Assembly: GCA_041937175.2 (NCBI GenBank)
Contig: CP166615.1
Coordinates: forward strand, 2,016,001-2,080,000
From: Limnothrix sp. BL-A-16
GTDB taxonomy: Bacteria > Cyanobacteriota > Cyanobacteriia > CACIAM-69d
Length of the DNA stretch: 64,000 nt
Direction: 5' to 3'
Below the pieces are notes generated by a model that was given only the letters and a program-made list of their open reading frames with translations, ran no database searches and was not told the origin of the DNA. Within the stretch, counting starts at the first letter, position 1; the number at the start of each line of letters is the position of its first letter. The position numbers and the translations under genes are program-made. Shown here one piece after another: positions 19,901 through 28,208 of the stretch.

Positions 19901-19977
19901 TTGCCTATCCCAAGGCAGCGTTGAACGTGCCCGATCGGCCGGCGGCGGAACCGGCGGCCGGCTCCTGTGCCAAATAA
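16948..19977 (+). CDS. 7TM-HD family phosphohydrolase (PgpH-like, probable c-di-AMP phosphodiesterase)
   Basis: Extracellular 7TMR-HDED-like region and 7 TMs; [63 protein letters not shown]. Start uncertain (16903/16948/17368). Confidence 0.9.
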   Translation: [1009 protein letters not shown]

Positions 19978-20089
19978 TGCCACTCCAAATCATGCGACCC
20001 AAAGCGCCTCATTGAACCAATGAACCACCCCAAGATCAATCGACGGAAGCAAGCACAAACACCCGGCAACGACCTGAATCCCCCTGGGG

Positions 20090-23083
20090 GTGAAAGGCGG
20101 TGGCAACTGCCAACAGTATGATGATTCAAGGCACGGAGCCGAGGCGGATAGTGCCAATCAGGCTGCTCAATTTCAGGCGTTTCAAGCACTTCCATGGGCC
20201 AATTTGGTGTTCCCCAAGGCGATCTCAACATTCGGACTTCGAGCGCGATCGGTTCCTCTGCGGTGGCTGCTGGTGATGCCGGTGGCGATCCAGTTGGTGG
20301 GGGCCATTGGGCTAACCAGTTGGCTCGTCTGGCGACATGCCAATCATCTGCTCACCGCCAACAGCACTCGCTTAGGCCAGGAAACCAGCCTCCGAATTGG
20401 GCAATTTTTGCAGGGGAGTTTGCAAGCACCGGTCCAGGTGGTGCAACTGATGGCCCAGGATTCGGAAACGGGGCGGGTGGATTTTTCGGATCCGAGCGAT
20501 CGGGAACAGCGCCTGATTGAATATTTCCAAATCTTCAAGGGCACGGTGGACAACGTGGCCTATGGCGGCCAGGACGGAGAATTTGCCGCTGTGCAGTTCA
20601 CCGACGATCGCAGCGCTCGCCAATTGCAGGTAGCCGGGCAAGTTACGGGCGGCAAAATGCTGGGGTTTGATTTAGATCAAAATCGCAAGCTAACCTCCGT
20701 GGCCCAAGTGTTTGATCCGCGTCGCCGAAGCTGGTACAGCGACACCTTCAAAGCCCAACGTTTGGTTTGGAATGCGGTGTTTCAGCTCCATAGCAACCCG
20801 CAAATTTTGGCGCTGCCGGTGAGCCAGCCCGTGCGCGATCGCACTGGTCGAGTCATTGGGGTGGTCACGTCGCGGCTGTATTTGTCGGCGGTCAGTCGAT
20901 TTCTGAAGACCTTGCCGATCGGGCGATCGGGCTTGGCCTTTGTGATGGAAACCGATGGGCAGCTAATCGCCACCTCCACCGACACGCCGTTGGTTTGGCC
21001 CAACCAACCCCAACCCAGCCGCATCAAGGCCGATCAATCCCTGCATCCGGTGATTCGAGCCACGGCCCAACACCTGATGGACGATCACATCATCACGGCC
21101 CCAGTGAATCCCCCAGCCCCGCCAGTCGGAATTCACCCCCCCGCCGCTACCAATCCCCAATCCTTCACCCTGACCTTGGATCATCGCGCCTATTTAGGCC
21201 AGGCCACTCGGTTCCAAAACGCGATCGGTCTGCAATGGTGGGTGGTGATTGTGGTGCCGGAAAGTGATTTTTACGCCCCGATCGCCGCTCAGTTGCAAAC
21301 AACCGTGGTGGCTTGTTTGGTGATGTTGCTAGTGGTGGCGGCGGTGGGGGGATGGCTGACCCAATGGCTGACTCGGCCGCTTCAGCACCTGGTCTTGGCG
21401 GCGGAGGGTTTGGCTAAGGGTAACTGGCTCGATCGCGCGTCCCGATCGCCCATTGTCGAGATCGATCGCCTGGCCAGCACCTTCAACGCCATGACGGAGC
21501 AGCTCGCCCAATCTTTTCAAACCCTGGCCTACCAGGCCGCCCACGATCCACTCACGGACTTACCCAATCGCCACACCCTGCTGCAAACCATTGACCATCG
21601 CCTAGAGCAAATGGAGCAGCAAATGGCGCAAAACATGACCCACCCCATGGGCCCACCGGGGGAACCGCCATTGGCCACCAGCCCCAGCCATCAGCCCTGG
21701 CCAGAGTTAATTGATGTCGGGCCCGGTCACTATAGCGCCATCCTGCATTTGGACTTGGATGATTTCAAGCTGGTGAACGATTCCTTGGGCCATTGGGTGG
21801 GCGATCAGTTGCTGACCCTGTTGGCCCAACGGCTGCAAGCCCACTTACAACCCAATGAGGTGCTGGCTCGGTTTGGGGGCGATGAATTTACGCTGTTTTT
21901 GGAAGGATTGGCCAGCTATGACCAAGGGATCGATCGCGCCATTCAACTGCAAACCCTGATTGCCCAACCCTTTGACCTGGGGAGTTTGGAAATTTTTGTG
22001 CGCGTCAGCATCGGCATCACCTGGGTGAATCCCCAGTTGGATGCGGAAACCCTGCTGCGTCAGGCAGAAATTGCCCTTTATGCGGCTAAACAGCGGGGCA
22101 AGGGCACTTGTGTGGTTTTTCGGCGGGAAATGCATTCCCAGGTGCTCAGTCGGTTCCAGATGGCTTCGGATTTGCAGTGGGCGTTGCCTCGGCAGGAACT
22201 GATGCTGCACTATCAACCCGTGGTGGCGCTGGAGACCCAAGCGATCCAGGGATTTGAAGCCCTGATGCGCTGGCATCATCCCCAACGTGGGTCGATCGCC
22301 CCCACGGAGTTCATCCCGATCGCGGAAGAAACCGGCATCATTGTGGAGTTGGGGCTGTGGGCCCTACGGGAGGCTTGCCAGCAATTACAGCATTGGCGAT
22401 CGGTCTATCCCTGGTGTCAGGAGTTGCCCATGTCCGTTAACTGTTCCATTCGTCAACTGACGGGGGCGGACTTTGTGGGGCAAGTGGAGGCGATTTTGCA
22501 AGAAACGGGGCTGCCGCCACATCTCCTGGCCTTGGAGATTACGGAAAGCCTGTTGATGCACCTGTCGCCGGAGTTGCGGGCCACGCTCGATCGCCTGGCG
22601 ATTCTAGGGGTGCGCTGGGTGATTGATGACTTTGGCACGGGTTACTCTTCCCTTAGCTATTTGCACCAATTGCCGCTATCGGGGCTGAAAATTGACCAGT
22701 CGTTTATTCATAACCTCGATCGCCAAGAACGACCTCGGGCGATCGTGGCGGCAATTTTGAACCTGGCCGAGCAGTTAGAGTTAACCGTCACCGCCGAAGG
22801 AGCCGAAACCATCTCCAGCATCCGCGCCTTACAAGGGTTGGGCTGTCGGCAAGTGCAGGGGTTCTTTTTCTGTCCAGCCAGCACCCCCCGCACCTTGGAA
22901 GCTTGGATGACGAATTGGCAAAGTCGGGTACGATCGCCCCGGCCGCGATTGACCATTGTTCGATCGCCCCAGGAGCGATCGGCTCCGGCCACCAACCGCG
23001 CCCTGATTGACACCATCGATCGCACCCTAAACTACGCCGCCGAACGCCTTGATCCCCAGGAATTGGATCCTCAAAACCCCTGA
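20090..23083 (+). CDS. Membrane Cache-HAMP-GGDEF-EAL c-di-GMP cyclase/phosphodiesterase
   Basis: FDPRRRSWY Cache-like motif, HAMP, HDPLTDLPNR, ARFGGDEF, FEALMRW, DDFGTGYSSLSYL, LKIDQSF. Confidence 0.92.
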   Translation: MKGGGNCQQYDDSRHGAEADSANQAAQFQAFQALPWANLVFPKAISTFGLRARSVPLRWLLVMPVAIQLVGAIGLTSWLVWRHANHLLTANSTRLGQETSLRIGQFLQGSLQAPVQVVQLMAQDSETGRVDFSDPSDREQRLIEYFQIFKGTVDNVAYGGQDGEFAAVQFTDDRSARQLQVAGQVTGGKMLGFDLDQNRKLTSVAQVFDPRRRSWYSDTFKAQRLVWNAVFQLHSNPQILALPVSQPVRDRTGRVIGVVTSRLYLSAVSRFLKTLPIGRSGLAFVMETDGQLIATSTDTPLVWPNQPQPSRIKADQSLHPVIRATAQHLMDDHIITAPVNPPAPPVGIHPPAATNPQSFTLTLDHRAYLGQATRFQNAIGLQWWVVIVVPESDFYAPIAAQLQTTVVACLVMLLVVAAVGGWLTQWLTRPLQHLVLAAEGLAKGNWLDRASRSPIVEIDRLASTFNAMTEQLAQSFQTLAYQAAHDPLTDLPNRHTLLQTIDHRLEQMEQQMAQNMTHPMGPPGEPPLATSPSHQPWPELIDVGPGHYSAILHLDLDDFKLVNDSLGHWVGDQLLTLLAQRLQAHLQPNEVLARFGGDEFTLFLEGLASYDQGIDRAIQLQTLIAQPFDLGSLEIFVRVSIGITWVNPQLDAETLLRQAEIALYAAKQRGKGTCVVFRREMHSQVLSRFQMASDLQWALPRQELMLHYQPVVALETQAIQGFEALMRWHHPQRGSIAPTEFIPIAEETGIIVELGLWALREACQQLQHWRSVYPWCQELPMSVNCSIRQLTGADFVGQVEAILQETGLPPHLLALEITESLLMHLSPELRATLDRLAILGVRWVIDDFGTGYSSLSYLHQLPLSGLKIDQSFIHNLDRQERPRAIVAAILNLAEQLELTVTAEGAETISSIRALQGLGCRQVQGFFFCPASTPRTLEAWMTNWQSRVRSPRPRLTIVRSPQERSAPATNRALIDTIDRTLNYAAERLDPQELDPQNP

Positions 23084-23106
23084 GCAGGGGCCAGAGCGAT
23101 TCATAC

Positions 23107-24024
23107 CTAGGCGACCGATCCTCCAGCATTCAGACCCACAATTCTGATCTGATCGGGACTGGCACCGCGCACTAGCCCCAGGGCCTGGCCCGTGCTGCTA
23201 TCCGTAATCAGCGTGGCCGCGATCGCCTCCACCCGAAAATCCGCCGTCCGAATCATCGATCCCGGCGGAAACGGCCCCTCCGGCGCATAGTCGCGCGAAT
23301 CGCCAATCACCAAGTAGCGCTGGCTGAGGCGCACATTGGCCGGCAACACACCATCCGCCAACTGGATTCGATCGCCCTCAGCCGCGTTGTAATCCAAGAT
23401 GATATCCACCACCAACTCATCCACATTGAAAATTGGGTCGGTGGTACGAGGTTGATCACTCCCGATCGCGCTATTGGCCGGAGCATCACCCGGCCGCAGG
23501 ATGAAGGTATCCGCGCCGCGACCTCCCCAGAGCCGATCGCGCCCCAAGTCTCCCGCGAGGGTATCGTTGCCGGCCTCACCGGTCAGAATATCGGCCCCCT
23601 GACCACCCAGCAGCAGATCATCCCCTTCGCCGCCATAGAGATAGTCGGCTTGCAAATTGCCAAATAGGGTATCGTTGCCGGCCCCGCCGCTGAGGTAATC
23701 CATCCCTCGCCCACCCATCAGGCGATCGGCCCCGCCGTTCCCTTCCAGGTAGTCGCCGCCCCCGTTGCCATAGATGATGTCTGCGGCCTCGCTGCCCTGC
23801 ACTAAATCATCGCCATTCAGGGCCCGCACGCCCCCTGGATAGGCCGTCAGCAGGGATGGAATCCGCACCCGATCGCCCTGTTGCCCATTGGCACTCAGAT
23901 CGAAAAAACGCGGTCGGGTTCCATCGTCGGGCGACAGCGGATCGCGAATCAGGCGGGTATCCGGTAGGCCATCGGCAGCAAACAGACTAAAGAAACTGCC
24001 GAATTCGTAATCGTTGTCGGCCAT
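23107..24024 (-). CDS. Hemolysin-type (RTX) calcium-binding repeat protein
   Basis: Repeated GGxGxDxLx nonapeptides (GNGGADRLM, GGAGNDTLF, GGEGDDLLL, GGRGADTF). Start moved to ATG 24024, which removes the overlap with the upstream gene. Confidence 0.88.
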   Translation of the reverse strand: MADNDYEFGSFFSLFAADGLPDTRLIRDPLSPDDGTRPRFFDLSANGQQGDRVRIPSLLTAYPGGVRALNGDDLVQGSEAADIIYGNGGGDYLEGNGGADRLMGGRGMDYLSGGAGNDTLFGNLQADYLYGGEGDDLLLGGQGADILTGEAGNDTLAGDLGRDRLWGGRGADTFILRPGDAPANSAIGSDQPRTTDPIFNVDELVVDIILDYNAAEGDRIQLADGVLPANVRLSQRYLVIGDSRDYAPEGPFPPGSMIRTADFRVEAIAATLITDSSTGQALGLVRGASPDQIRIVGLNAGGSVA

Positions 24025-24055
24025 GGTCAATGGGGACAAATTCAATGGGGACAAA

Positions 24056-24640
24056 TTAAAGGCGCAACAAATCCGCACCGCTGCCGGGTCGAGGCTGCAC
24101 CGGAGTGGGACGCGGGGTATTGGTGGGGCCGGGGGTAGCGGTGGGTAGCTCACCCCGATTGCCGTTGGGGTCAAACAAAATCACCAGGGTGTTCACCAAC
24201 CGATCGCGCTGGGCCCGGTTGAGTCGTCGAACGGCCGCCTGGTCTCCATCTAAGGGATTTTCCGTGAGGCGTTCATTGCCGGGATAGCTGGTTTCGGGAA
24301 TGTATTGGTGCAGGCCCAAATAGTCCGCGAGGGTCAGTTTCCAATCCAATCGAGAAAAGGGCGATCGCCCCACTTGATAAACGTGGTAGCGAATCATGCG
24401 GGCTAATAAACTGCTGCCACGATCGACCTCTCGGGACTCGCGGTTGATGTAGTGATCCTCCCGGGGAAGATCCGGCAGCACCTGATAAACCTGCCGCCAA
24501 ACATCATTGGTGGAAGGAGGCAATTGGGCGATCGCGGGGCCCCGAAGCATTAGGGCGATCGCCAAACCCAAGGCCACCCAAACGGCCCACCAGCCGGGCC
24601 AACGCCCCGATCGCCGCCCATTTCTGCTCAACAGATTCAT
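24056..24640 (-). CDS. Secreted conserved hypothetical protein downstream of rpoZ
   Basis: Signal peptide (..AIA-Q), VYQVLPDLPREDHY, RMIRYHVY, RLDWKLTLADYLG, Pro-rich tail. Confidence 0.75.
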   Translation of the reverse strand: MNLLSRNGRRSGRWPGWWAVWVALGLAIALMLRGPAIAQLPPSTNDVWRQVYQVLPDLPREDHYINRESREVDRGSSLLARMIRYHVYQVGRSPFSRLDWKLTLADYLGLHQYIPETSYPGNERLTENPLDGDQAAVRRLNRAQRDRLVNTLVILFDPNGNRGELPTATPGPTNTPRPTPVQPRPGSGADLLRL

Positions 24641-24776
24641 ACACTGCCGTGCTCGCTCTATGATTCCGATCCTGATCGATCCGGGCGGTCGCAATGACCA
24701 CGCTCCGGACGGGCGGGCTGAATCCTAATTAACGCTCAAAAACAACGTTCAAAAACGCCATTAGGAAACTCAGAAA

Positions 24777-25007
24777 CTAAGAAACAATGATGTCCGGCTG
24801 GGTCAGCTCATCGGACATTTCAATGATGGCGCGAATGACCGGCTTCATGGAAGATTCTTCGCCCGTGTCAAATTCTTCGTAGCGGCGACGCTTCGCCCGG
24901 TTGGCCACCTGCACCGTGATTTTGTAGCGATTGGACGATTCGGAAATCAGCGAGGCAGCACGATACATCAAATCCGACGTGTCAAAGGGCTTGTCGAGTT
25001 TAGACAT
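24777..25007 (-). CDS. rpoZ: DNA-directed RNA polymerase subunit omega
   Basis: [38 protein letters not shown], the cyanobacterial RpoZ signature. Confidence 0.95.
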   Translation of the reverse strand: MSKLDKPFDTSDLMYRAASLISESSNRYKITVQVANRAKRRRYEEFDTGEESSMKPVIRAIIEMSDELTQPDIIVS

Positions 25008-25246
25008 GGTTGGCTAGTAATGGGGCAAATTCAACGAGACGAGGTGGCTGTGGGCTGCGGAAGGAGCAGGGCCGTTGGCAACGGGCCCAACAGGAGCCGC
25101 TCAACCGTGGTTGCAGGCAATCGCTACAAAATCACGGAGCGGACGATCGCCTGTACCCAGCCTGTTTAGATTATCAGTTCTCGGGAGGGCGATCGGGGAT
25201 GGGGCCAGGTGGGCCAGTGAGCCGGCCCAACTCCGGCTCACTGGCC

Positions 25247-25903
25247 CTATGGCTCCACCCGCACGGGCATCCCCTCCGTGACCCGATCGAATAAATCCAC
25301 AATGTCTTCGTTGCGCATCCGCACACAACCGTGGGAAACCGCTTGACCAATCAGCTCGGGGTTAGGTGTGCCGTGGAAGCCGATCGAGTTGTCACCATTA
25401 GTCCAAAAGCCAATCCAACGAACCCCCAAGGGATTATCTTTCCCCGCCGGGACGATCGTGCCGTTGAAGGGATGCTGCCAAACGGGATCCATTGTTTTTT
25501 GAATGACCTGAAAATGACCCGTGGGCGTTTCCCAACCATCCCGCCCGATCGCCACGGGATAGCTGCGTACCATTACCGTACCGCGATAGAGATAAACTCG
25601 CCGCTCCCCCAGCCGTAACACCAGAGAACTGGAAACGACTGGGACATGGGCTTGGTATTGGCCCAAGCCGGGCAAGGGCGGTTGGGCCGTTTGCACGATC
25701 GGGGGCCACAGGCCTGGCTGCTTCAAGGGCGACTCATTGGCGGGTGGGTTAACGGCCTGGACGGGGCGAGGTTGCGGATTGGGAAGGGGTTGGGGCCCCT
25801 CTGCCCAGGCGGGGCCCCCGGACAGTAAGCCCAGACCCAGGATCGCCAGAAGGGTCAAGGGGCGAGAGGATCCCCAAAGTTGCGGCGGTTGCTGGAACTG
25901 CAT
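25247..25903 (-). CDS. L,D-transpeptidase (YkuD family)
   Basis: YPVAIGR..TPTG, NPLGVRWIGF, IGFHGT..SHGCVRM. Confidence 0.93.
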   Translation of the reverse strand: MQFQQPPQLWGSSRPLTLLAILGLGLLSGGPAWAEGPQPLPNPQPRPVQAVNPPANESPLKQPGLWPPIVQTAQPPLPGLGQYQAHVPVVSSSLVLRLGERRVYLYRGTVMVRSYPVAIGRDGWETPTGHFQVIQKTMDPVWQHPFNGTIVPAGKDNPLGVRWIGFWTNGDNSIGFHGTPNPELIGQAVSHGCVRMRNEDIVDLFDRVTEGMPVRVEP

Positions 25904-25933
25904 AGGTTGGGTGTGGGTTCAAGGCAGACGGGC

Positions 25934-26665
25934 CTATGGCTCAACCACAACGGTGGTTCCCATTTGCACTTTTTCAAATAGTTCTACAACATGCTCGTTG
26001 CGCATCCGCACACAGCCATTGGAGGCGGCCCGCCCGATCGAGTTAACCGTGGGCGTGCCATGAAACCCAATGATGCCGTTGGATCGTTCCATAAACCCAA
26101 TCCAGCGTAACCCCAAGGCACTGTTAGGGCCAGGGTTAGTGACCTGGCCTGTCCAGGGATTGCGCCAAATGGGATTTTTCACCATTTGGAACACGCGATA
26201 GGTGCCGGTGGGGGTGGGGGTGGAGGGCTTCCCGATCGCCACTGGATAACTGATCTCTACCCGATCGCCCCGATAGACATAAACCCGCCGTTCCCGCAGT
26301 CGCAGCACCAGTTTCACGGGCAGTTCCGCTGGCGCTGCTGTGGGGGTAGGGGATGGATTGGGGGTTTGGGCTGGGGGTTGAGCCGGAGTTGAGCCGGGAG
26401 CTGTGTTCGGGTTGGCCGAGTCGGTGGGAATGTTAGCGGGAACCACCGTTGGAGCGGGTGAGGCGGCTTCCGGGGCCCGCCCGATCGAGCTATTTAGCCC
26501 ATTGCCCTCGGCAGCGGCGGTTGGCGAAACGGGATTGGCCGCAACCGGCAGCGCCCCGGCACTTGCCCAGGCGGCGGCTATCGCCAGGCCCAAGGCCAAT
26601 CCTCGATGGGTGCGCCGTTGCACCAATTGCCAAGCCCAAGGCAGAGTAGATCGAGTGTGCATCAT
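25934..26665 (-). CDS. L,D-transpeptidase (YkuD family), tandem paralog
   Basis: Signal peptide, P/A/T-rich linker, YPVAIGK..TPTG, IGFHGT..SNGCVRM. Confidence 0.93.
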   Translation of the reverse strand: MMHTRSTLPWAWQLVQRRTHRGLALGLAIAAAWASAGALPVAANPVSPTAAAEGNGLNSSIGRAPEAASPAPTVVPANIPTDSANPNTAPGSTPAQPPAQTPNPSPTPTAAPAELPVKLVLRLRERRVYVYRGDRVEISYPVAIGKPSTPTPTGTYRVFQMVKNPIWRNPWTGQVTNPGPNSALGLRWIGFMERSNGIIGFHGTPTVNSIGRAASNGCVRMRNEHVVELFEKVQMGTTVVVEP

Positions 26666-26831
26666 GAATTCCTAACACCAAATTTGACCCAATCCGGACG
26701 GGGGTAGGCAGGCGATCGGTGGTTGAACCGAGGCTTGCAAAATCGCTCGCCATTTTAGCGCGGCCTCGGGAGCGGTCTGATCCCGATCGAATCTTGTTGC
26801 TCCTGCGGCCGCGAATTCCGAGGCGATCTGA

Positions 26832-26940
26832 GGGCATGTCTCAAAAGTCAAAACTGCTACCTTGCCGATCTCATCGACCATCGACCGACACAAACAAGGG
26901 GCTGAAGCCCCTTGCCCCCGAGATGACACATCTTCAATCA
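26832..26940 (-). mobile_element. Degenerate MITE family A copy (one end lost)
   Basis: TGA|gggcatgtctcaaaagtcaaaactgctac aligns with gaggatgtctgaaaagccaaaattgctac; palindrome caaggggctgaagccccttg at 26895-26914; no second TIR. Confidence 0.6.
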
Positions 26941-26980
26941 GGCAATTTGGGGCGATCGCTGAATTCTCCCCCCATGGTCA

Positions 26981-28093
26981 TTAACCAAACAACTTGAGCC
27001 ACATCGGGATGGCCAGCAAAACCAGCACGGTGGTGAGAGCAATGCTGGTGGCAATCATGGAGCGATCGAGGTCGTATTCTTCCGCCAAAATCAGGCAAGC
27101 AAAGGCCGTGGGCATTCCGGACATTAACACCAGCCCCAGGCGTAATTGCGGATCAATCCCAATCATGATTGCCCCCAATCCCAACAGGGCCGGCACGGCG
27201 ATGGTTTTCAGCAGGGCCGGCACGGCCGCCACGCGCAAACAGTCCCAGCCTTTCAGTTGGCTGAGCCGAATCCCCATCAACACAAACGCCGTGGGAATCA
27301 CCAGCCCCACTGAGCCATGGGACAGGGTTTCGATCCATGGGGGCAGGGCGATCGGTTGGCTGGCCACCCCGAACCCAAATCCCCAGAGGGAGGGCACGGC
27401 GGCCATGGTTTTGATTTGACCCCAAAAGCTGCGATCGCCCCCGGTGGTGCCAAAGGTGCTGGCCACCCACACCCCGAGGCCATAGGTTCCCATCACGTTT
27501 TGGGACACCGCGTAAAACGCTGGAAATCCCGCCGAGCTGGCATCCAAAAACAAAGGGGCGATCGCCAGCCCCACAAAACCGGTATTACCCAGCATGGCGG
27601 ACAGGATATAGCTCCCTCGGGCGGCGGGTTCTGTCCACCAAGGAACTGTTTCCGGAGCCTTGGCCACATCGATCGCCAGGTCTGGATCGAGATCTGTCCC
27701 CCGATCCGTCACCATCGGGATCAGACTGGGCGAGGTACTGAGGGCGATCGCCGTTGCGAATTTTCCGGAGCCGTACAGCCCCCAAAGGCCACCAATTGGG
27801 CGATCGGTCGGCATTTCAACTCGCAGATCGCTCCTCATCAGGTAATGCAACGAAGCCAAACTCAGCAAGGCTCCCAACACCACCGCGAGAGCCGCACCGG
27901 CCGGAGCCAGGCCCATTTGACCAGAGAAGTTGGTGTGACGAGCGAGGGAAAAGACTTCGAGGGGCACACCGACCCAATAGAGCGATCGCCCGACCAGTCG
28001 CGGCCAAGAACGGGGTAACCAGGGCCCCAACAAAAGTCCCAACCCTGTCCAAATCAACAGTGGTGTGTAGGCATGTAGAAGTACTTCGGCCAT
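26981..28093 (-). CDS. AEC family (auxin efflux carrier / malate permease-like) transporter
   Basis: LYWVGVPL, GNTGFVGL, SGMPTAFA..LAEEYDLD; ~10 TMs; ~60-aa hydrophilic insert. Confidence 0.88.
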   Translation of the reverse strand: MAEVLLHAYTPLLIWTGLGLLLGPWLPRSWPRLVGRSLYWVGVPLEVFSLARHTNFSGQMGLAPAGAALAVVLGALLSLASLHYLMRSDLRVEMPTDRPIGGLWGLYGSGKFATAIALSTSPSLIPMVTDRGTDLDPDLAIDVAKAPETVPWWTEPAARGSYILSAMLGNTGFVGLAIAPLFLDASSAGFPAFYAVSQNVMGTYGLGVWVASTFGTTGGDRSFWGQIKTMAAVPSLWGFGFGVASQPIALPPWIETLSHGSVGLVIPTAFVLMGIRLSQLKGWDCLRVAAVPALLKTIAVPALLGLGAIMIGIDPQLRLGLVLMSGMPTAFACLILAEEYDLDRSMIATSIALTTVLVLLAIPMWLKLFG

Positions 28094-28208
28094 ACGGGAC
28101 TGTGCAATCGCCGTGAGCCAGTCTGGCCCAGGGGAAGCGGTTTAGGTTTATGGCCCAAGGCCGATCGACCCGCTCAGCAAGCTGGCATTTAACCATGGGT
28201 TAACCCAA

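Noticed and set aside
23107..24174. Apparent 119-nt overlap between the RTX gene and its upstream neighbour
   Set aside because: It disappears when the ATG at 24024 is used; the extension is translated intergenic repeat and neighbouring-gene sequence.
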